The notes under the pieces: generated by a model
The model's input: the letters and a program-made list of their open reading frames with translations, nothing else
What the model was told of the DNA's origin: nothing
Database searches by the model: none
Assembly (NCBI GenBank): GCA_030141605.1
Contig: JAQGDQ010001109.1
Location: 1 to 62,173 of the forward strand
DNA from: Tubiluchus corallicola
Taxonomy: Eukaryota > Animalia > Priapulida
Length of the DNA: 62,173 nucleotides
Direction of reading: 5' to 3'
Made by a program: the position numbers and the translations under genes
Part shown: in pieces, positions 27,361-62,173 of the stretch
Layout: every line of letters starts with the position of its first letter
Numbering within the stretch: position 1 is the stretch's first letter

Positions 27361-27581
27361 CTTTGCCACTGCGTGTCGCTTTTATTAATTTAGTATATTT
27401 AGTAAATTACAGTTTTAGGTTTTCAAACTGTTGCTTAGTTATAGGTGTAATAAGTAAATTTTATTTTGTTGTAATTTATATTTTAATGTACGTCTTTAAG
27501 TAGAAGTGGGAAAACATTATCGAAAAAAATATTTATTCTTAAGCGACATAGCTTGTTTCAAAAAATTGTTAAAATGTGAAG
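27361..27581. promoter_or_regulatory. Putative bidirectional promoter and 5' UTRs shared by DNAJB12/14 and CEP164
   Basis: Divergent start codons at 27360 (-) and 27582 (+) are separated by only 221 bp. Confidence 0.7.
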
Positions 27582-59783
<32,202 letters not shown>

Positions 59784-59918
59784 GTAAGCTTTGCTAATGC
59801 CTTTTGTGTAACTTGTAAACTTTTCACAAAATCACTTTCCGCTGTCAGTTACGTAGAGTGGATAATTATGTTATAATTAACACAGAAGTTTAGTAAAACA
59901 AATAGAATCCATAGACAG

Positions 59919-62173
59919 TAAGTCCAACGTAAGCGTTTCATTCAGTTAGAATGTGTTCCGTTAAGTCCAACATAAGCATTTTATTCAGTTAGAATGTGTT
60001 CCGTTAAGTCCAACATGAGCGTTTTATTCAGTTAGAATGTGTTCCGTTAAGTCCAACATGAGCGTTTTATTCAGTTAGAATGTGTTCCGTTAAGTCCAAC
60101 ATAAGCGTTTTATTCAGTTAGAATGTGTTCCGTTAAGTCCAACATGAGCGTTTTATTCAGTTAGAATGTGTTCCGTTAAGTCCAACATGAGCGTTTTATT
60201 CAGTTAGAATGTGTTCCGTTAAGTCCAACATAAGCGTTTTATTCAGTTAGAATGTGTTCCGTTAAGTCCAACATGAGCGTTTTATTCAGTTAGAATGTGT
60301 TCCGTTAAGTCCAACATGAGCGTTTTATTCAGTTAGAATGTGTTCCGTTAAGTCCAACAAGCGTTTTATTCAGTTAGAATGTGTTCGTTAAGTCCAACGT
60401 GTTTTATTAGTGAATGTGTCGTTGTAACTAGGTTTTATTCAGTAGAATGTGTTCCGTTAAGTCATAGCGTTTTATTCTGAATGTGTTCCGTTAAGTCCAA
60501 GGTTTTTTTTAGAATGTGTTCGTTAAGTCCAACATGAGCGTTTTATTCAGTTAGAATGTGTTCCGTTAAGTCCAACATGAGCGTTTTATTCAGTTGAATG
60601 TTCCGTTAAGTCCAACATAGCGTTTTATTCAGTTAGAATGTGTTCCGTTAAGTCCAACATGAGCGTTTTATTCAGTTAGAATGTGTTCCAAGTCCAATGA
60701 GCGTTTTATTCAGTTAGAATGTGTCCGTTACAGTTTTTCATTAGAATGTGTTCCGTTAAGTCCAACATAAGCGTTTTATTCAGTTAGAATGTGTTCCGTT
60801 AAGTCCAACATAAGCGTTTTATTCAGTTAGAATGTGTTCCGTTAAGTCCAACATGAGCGTTTTATTCAGTTAGAATGTGTTCCGTTAAGTCCAACATGAG
60901 CGTTTTATTCAGTTAGAATGTGTTCCGTTAAGTCCAACATAAGCGTTTTATTCAGTTAGAATGTGTTCCGTTAAGTCCAACATAAGCGTTTTATTCAATT
61001 AGAATGTGTTCCGTTAAGTCCAACATAAGCGTTTTATTCAGTTAGAATGTGTTCCGTTAAGTCCAACATAAGCGTTTTATTCAGTTAGAATGTGTTCCGT
61101 TAAGTCCAACATAAGCGTTTTATTCAGTTAGAATGTGTTCCGTTAAGTCCAACATGAGCGTTTTATTCAATTAGAATGTGTTCCGTTAAGTCCAACATGA
61201 GCGTTTTATTCAGTTAGAATGTGTTCCGTTAAGTCCAACATAAGCGTTTTATTCAATTAGAATGTGTTCCGTTAAGTCCAACATAAGCGTTTTATTCAAT
61301 TAGAATGTGTTCCGTTAAGTCCAACATAAGCGTTTTATTCAGTTAGAATGTGTTCCGTTAAGTCCAACATGAGCGTTTTATTCAGTTAGAATGTGTTCCG
61401 TTAAGTCCAACATGAGCGTTTTATTCAGTTAGAATGTGTTCCGTTAAGTCCAACATGAGCGTTTTATTCAGTTAGAATGTGTTCCGTTAAGTCCAACATG
61501 AGCGTTTTATTCAGTTAGAATGTGTTCCGTTAAGTCCAACATAAGCGTTTTATTCAGTTAGAATGCGTTCCGTTAAGTCCAACATGAGCGTTTTATTCAG
61601 TTAGAATGTGTTCCGTTAAGTCCACATAAGCGTTTTATTCAGTGAATGTGTTCCGTTAAGTCCAACATGAGCTTTATTCAAGAATGGTTCCTTAAGTCCA
61701 ACATAGGTTTTATTCAGTTAGAATGTGTTCCAAGTCCAACTTAAGCGTTTTATTCAATTAGATTGAGTTCCTAAGTCCAACTAAGCGTTTTATTCAGTTA
61801 GAATGTTCCGTTAAGTCCAACAAGCTTTAATTGAATGTGTTCTTAAGTCCAACTAGTTTTATTCAGTTAGAATGTGTTCCGTTAAGTCCAACATAAGCGT
61901 TTTATTCAATTAGAATGTGTTCCGTTAAGTCCAACATAAGCGTTTTATTCAGTTAGAATGTGTTCCGTTAAGTCCAACATGAGCGTTTTATTCAATTAGA
62001 ATGTGTTCCGTTAAGTCCAACATGAGCGTTTCATTCAATTAGAATGTGTTCCGTTAAGTCCAACTTAAGCGTTTTATTCAATTAGATTGAGTTCCATTAA
62101 GTCCAACATAAGCGTTTTATTCAGTTAGAATGTGTTCCGTTAAGTCCAACTTAAGCGTTTTATTCAATTAGAA
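59919..62173. repeat. 43-bp satellite/minisatellite, >50 copies, running off the window
   Basis: Unit taagtccaacat(a/g)agcgttttattca(g/a)ttagaatgtgttccgt, with no spacers; deletion-rich patches at ~60355-60740 and ~61620-61860. Confidence 0.97.

Overview
AT-rich, intron-containing animal DNA (invertebrate-like), not prokaryotic. Five protein-coding genes were reconstructed by hand from splice sites and reading-frame phase. ZRANB1/trabid lies on - (first coding exon only; the gene runs off the left edge). MTRES1 lies on + with 4 coding exons. DNAJB12/14 lies on - with 9 coding exons. CEP164 lies on + with at least 24 coding exons, runs off the right edge, and is head-to-head with DNAJB12/14 (about 220 bp between ATGs). 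An intronless peptide-type class A GPCR is nested antisense in a CEP164 intron and has a 13 x 10-aa Ser-rich tail repeat. Introns are packed with non-autonomous DNA transposons (TTAA-flanked Kolobok-like and piggyBac-like, TA-flanked pogo/Tigger-like, hAT-like) and with young locus-specific minisatellites. The most notable observations are: a short tandem array of minimal hammerhead-ribozyme motifs in sense in CEP164 intron 7, partly hidden by a G/T-only stretch that reads as the same unit stripped of A and C; a foldback with two decayed hammerheads; a minisatellite that copies a real CEP164 splice donor seven times; and the nested repeat-tailed GPCR. All homology calls come from recalled motifs, not database searches.
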